Below are positions 37,047 to 38,958 of a DNA stretch of 38,958 nucleotides, piece by piece. The translations under genes and the position numbers were made by a program. The notes beneath the pieces were generated by a model. It saw nothing but the letters and a program-made list of their open reading frames with translations, was not told the origin of the DNA and searched no databases. The DNA comes from Octopus bimaculoides. Its lineage: Eukaryota. Numbering within the stretch: position 1 is the first letter of the stretch; each line of letters begins with the position of its first letter. Where the stretch lies: positions 19,366,400 through 19,405,357 of the forward strand of contig NC_068994.1 in NCBI RefSeq assembly GCF_001194135.2, written 5' to 3'.

Positions 37047-37509
37047 AGACACACATAAATACATTTACACTGTCATTTGTTACAAAACATCGTTATCGTT
37101 AAATATTAAATTATCCAACAACAATACCAAAAAGCTAAATAGAATTATATTTTAATTAGAAATCACAATAATTCACTGACAGGTTATTAACTTCTGATTT
37201 TTGTGTTTTGCATGCTAACATCTGATACTTTAGTCTATAGATATAAATTATAACTAATTCATTTTCATTTGTCTTTGTCTGTTTTACAATATTATTATGA
37301 GTTACTGAGACATTGTTTTACAGTTGATACCCTTCCTGTCATTAACCCTTGTTCTTTTTTTTCCAAGTAAGGGATCTATTATGTCACATGTCTTCAAAGA
37401 CTCAAAGCCAGTGAATGATTTGTTGACAGGAGAAATAGTAACATCAACACTTGCAACTTTAAGACACTTAAAGTGTTCTGAGTGGATTTGATAGAGGGAA
37501 ACTCAAAAT

Positions 37510-37608
<99 letters not shown>

Positions 37609-38075
37609 ATGCACACATGTATATGCTAACATTTGTACTTCTCTAAAAACCCACGAGTTGCAAGTGTTGATGTTACTATTTCTCCTGTCAACAAATTATT
37701 CACTGGCTTTGAGTCTTTGAAGACTTGTGACATAATAGATCCCTTACTAGGAAAAAAAAACACAAGGGTTAATGACAGGAAGGGTATCAACTGTAAAACA
37801 ATGCCTCAATGATTCATAATATTGTAAAACAGACAAAGACAAATGAAAATGAATTAGTTATAATTTATATCTCTAGACTAAAGTATCAGATGTTAGCATG
37901 CAAAACACAAAAATCAGAAGTTCGTAACCTGTCAGTGAATTATTGTGATTTCTAATTAAAATATAATTCTCTTTAGCTTTCTAATGCTGGTATTGTTGTT
38001 GGATAATTTAATATTTAAAGATAATGATGTTTTATAACAAACAACAGTGTAAATGTATTTTATGTGTGTCTCCAT
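37043..38075. repeat. Inverted duplication, arms 37043-37458 and 37656-38075
   Basis: ~94% identity by manual alignment (about 22 differences); 197-bp spacer containing SINE body and (TG)n (37512-37607). Confidence 0.95.
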
Positions 38076-38484
38076 ATATTTGGTGAGGATGATAATGATG
38101 ACATTGACAATGACAAACATGCAACTATATTTAAATCTAAAAGCTGTATTGAATATTTTTAATTGAACTGTCATAAGTTACTTTTAAAATTCATTATTGT
38201 GTGTATGTTTGTATGAGAGAGGAGAATGAAAGGAGAGAGAATGAAAGAGAAAGAAAATCTTAATCAATTTCTCTCTATTCCTGCAGGTGAAATTCTGCAC
38301 CAGACTACAAATATTGGGTCAGACAATAAACACTGAGTTAAATACTTTGATTCAAATTTATGGATTTAACCTCATTAAAAAACATGCATCTGTAATATCT
38401 AATGAGATATTGAGATGAATTAATCTTGTAAGCAACTATACAAAATACAGACATTACAGATATTACTTCTTAATGCAAATCTTT

Positions 38485-38695
38485 TTTCTATCTTTTACTT
38501 GTTTTGGTCATCAGACTATGGCCATGATGGAGCACCACCTGGAAGAATTTTTAGTTGAATGAATCAACCCTAGTACTTATTTTCTTAAACCTGGTACTTT
38601 ATCAGTCTCTCTTGCCAAACTGCTAAGTTACGGGGACATAAACATGATATCAGCTCAGTGGTGGCGAGGGACAAACACAGACAGAAAGACACACA
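38485..38695 (-). mobile_element. SINE family A, 3' half
   Basis: GGCCATGATGGAGCACCACC...CTGCTAAGTTACGGGGAC. Confidence 0.8.
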
Positions 38696-38724
38696 CAAAG
38701 CTGTGTCTTATATATATATATGTA

Positions 38725-38958
38725 TATCATCATCATCATCATCATCGTTTAACGTCCGCTTTCCATGCTAGCATGGGTTGGACGATTTGACTGAGGACTG
38801 GTGAAACCGGATGGCAACACCAGGCTCCAGTCTGATTTGGCAGAGTTTCTACAGCTGGATGCCCTTCCTAACGCCAACCACTCAGAGAGTGTAGTGGGTG
38901 CTTTTACGTGTCACCCGCACGAAAACGGCCACGCTCGAAATGGTGTCTTTTATGTGCC
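38725..38958 (-). mobile_element. SINE-like family B, young copy running off the window
   Basis: (ATC)n GTTTAACGTCCGCTTTCCATGCTAGCATGGGTTGGACG...; CpGs retained. Confidence 0.85.

Noticed and set aside
38260-38345. Strong acceptor TTCTCTCTATTCCTGCAG|G
   Set aside because: Downstream frames give no recognisable peptide and there is no good donor.

Overview
AT-rich, repeat-dense eukaryotic non-coding DNA. It is most likely from an octopus (coleoid cephalopod) draft assembly, inferred from recognition of the SINE families and the microsatellite load; there are three N-gaps. No intact host protein-coding gene can be supported, and almost all ORFs in the supplied track are microsatellite, gap or repeat artefacts. 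Mobile elements: a decayed, 3'-truncated Ty3/Gypsy (Mag/K02A2.6-like) LTR retrotransposon (15984-19566), two RTE-type LINE fragments (one with a perfect 13-bp TSD), at least four SINE-like families, hAT and piggyBac-like MITEs, and several long foldback elements. The most notable unannotated signals are: (1) a complete type I hammerhead ribozyme fold at 60-137 with a palindromic stem III, plus two decayed hammerhead relics; (2) a tandem array of tRNA-Ser primer-binding-site copies, each preceded by an LTR-end-like motif, in the Gypsy leader; (3) a ~94%-identical 416-bp inverted duplication that splits a SINE; (4) a 68-nt pre-miRNA-sized hairpin. All alignments and folds were done by eye, and repeat boundaries are approximate unless TSDs or TIRs are cited.
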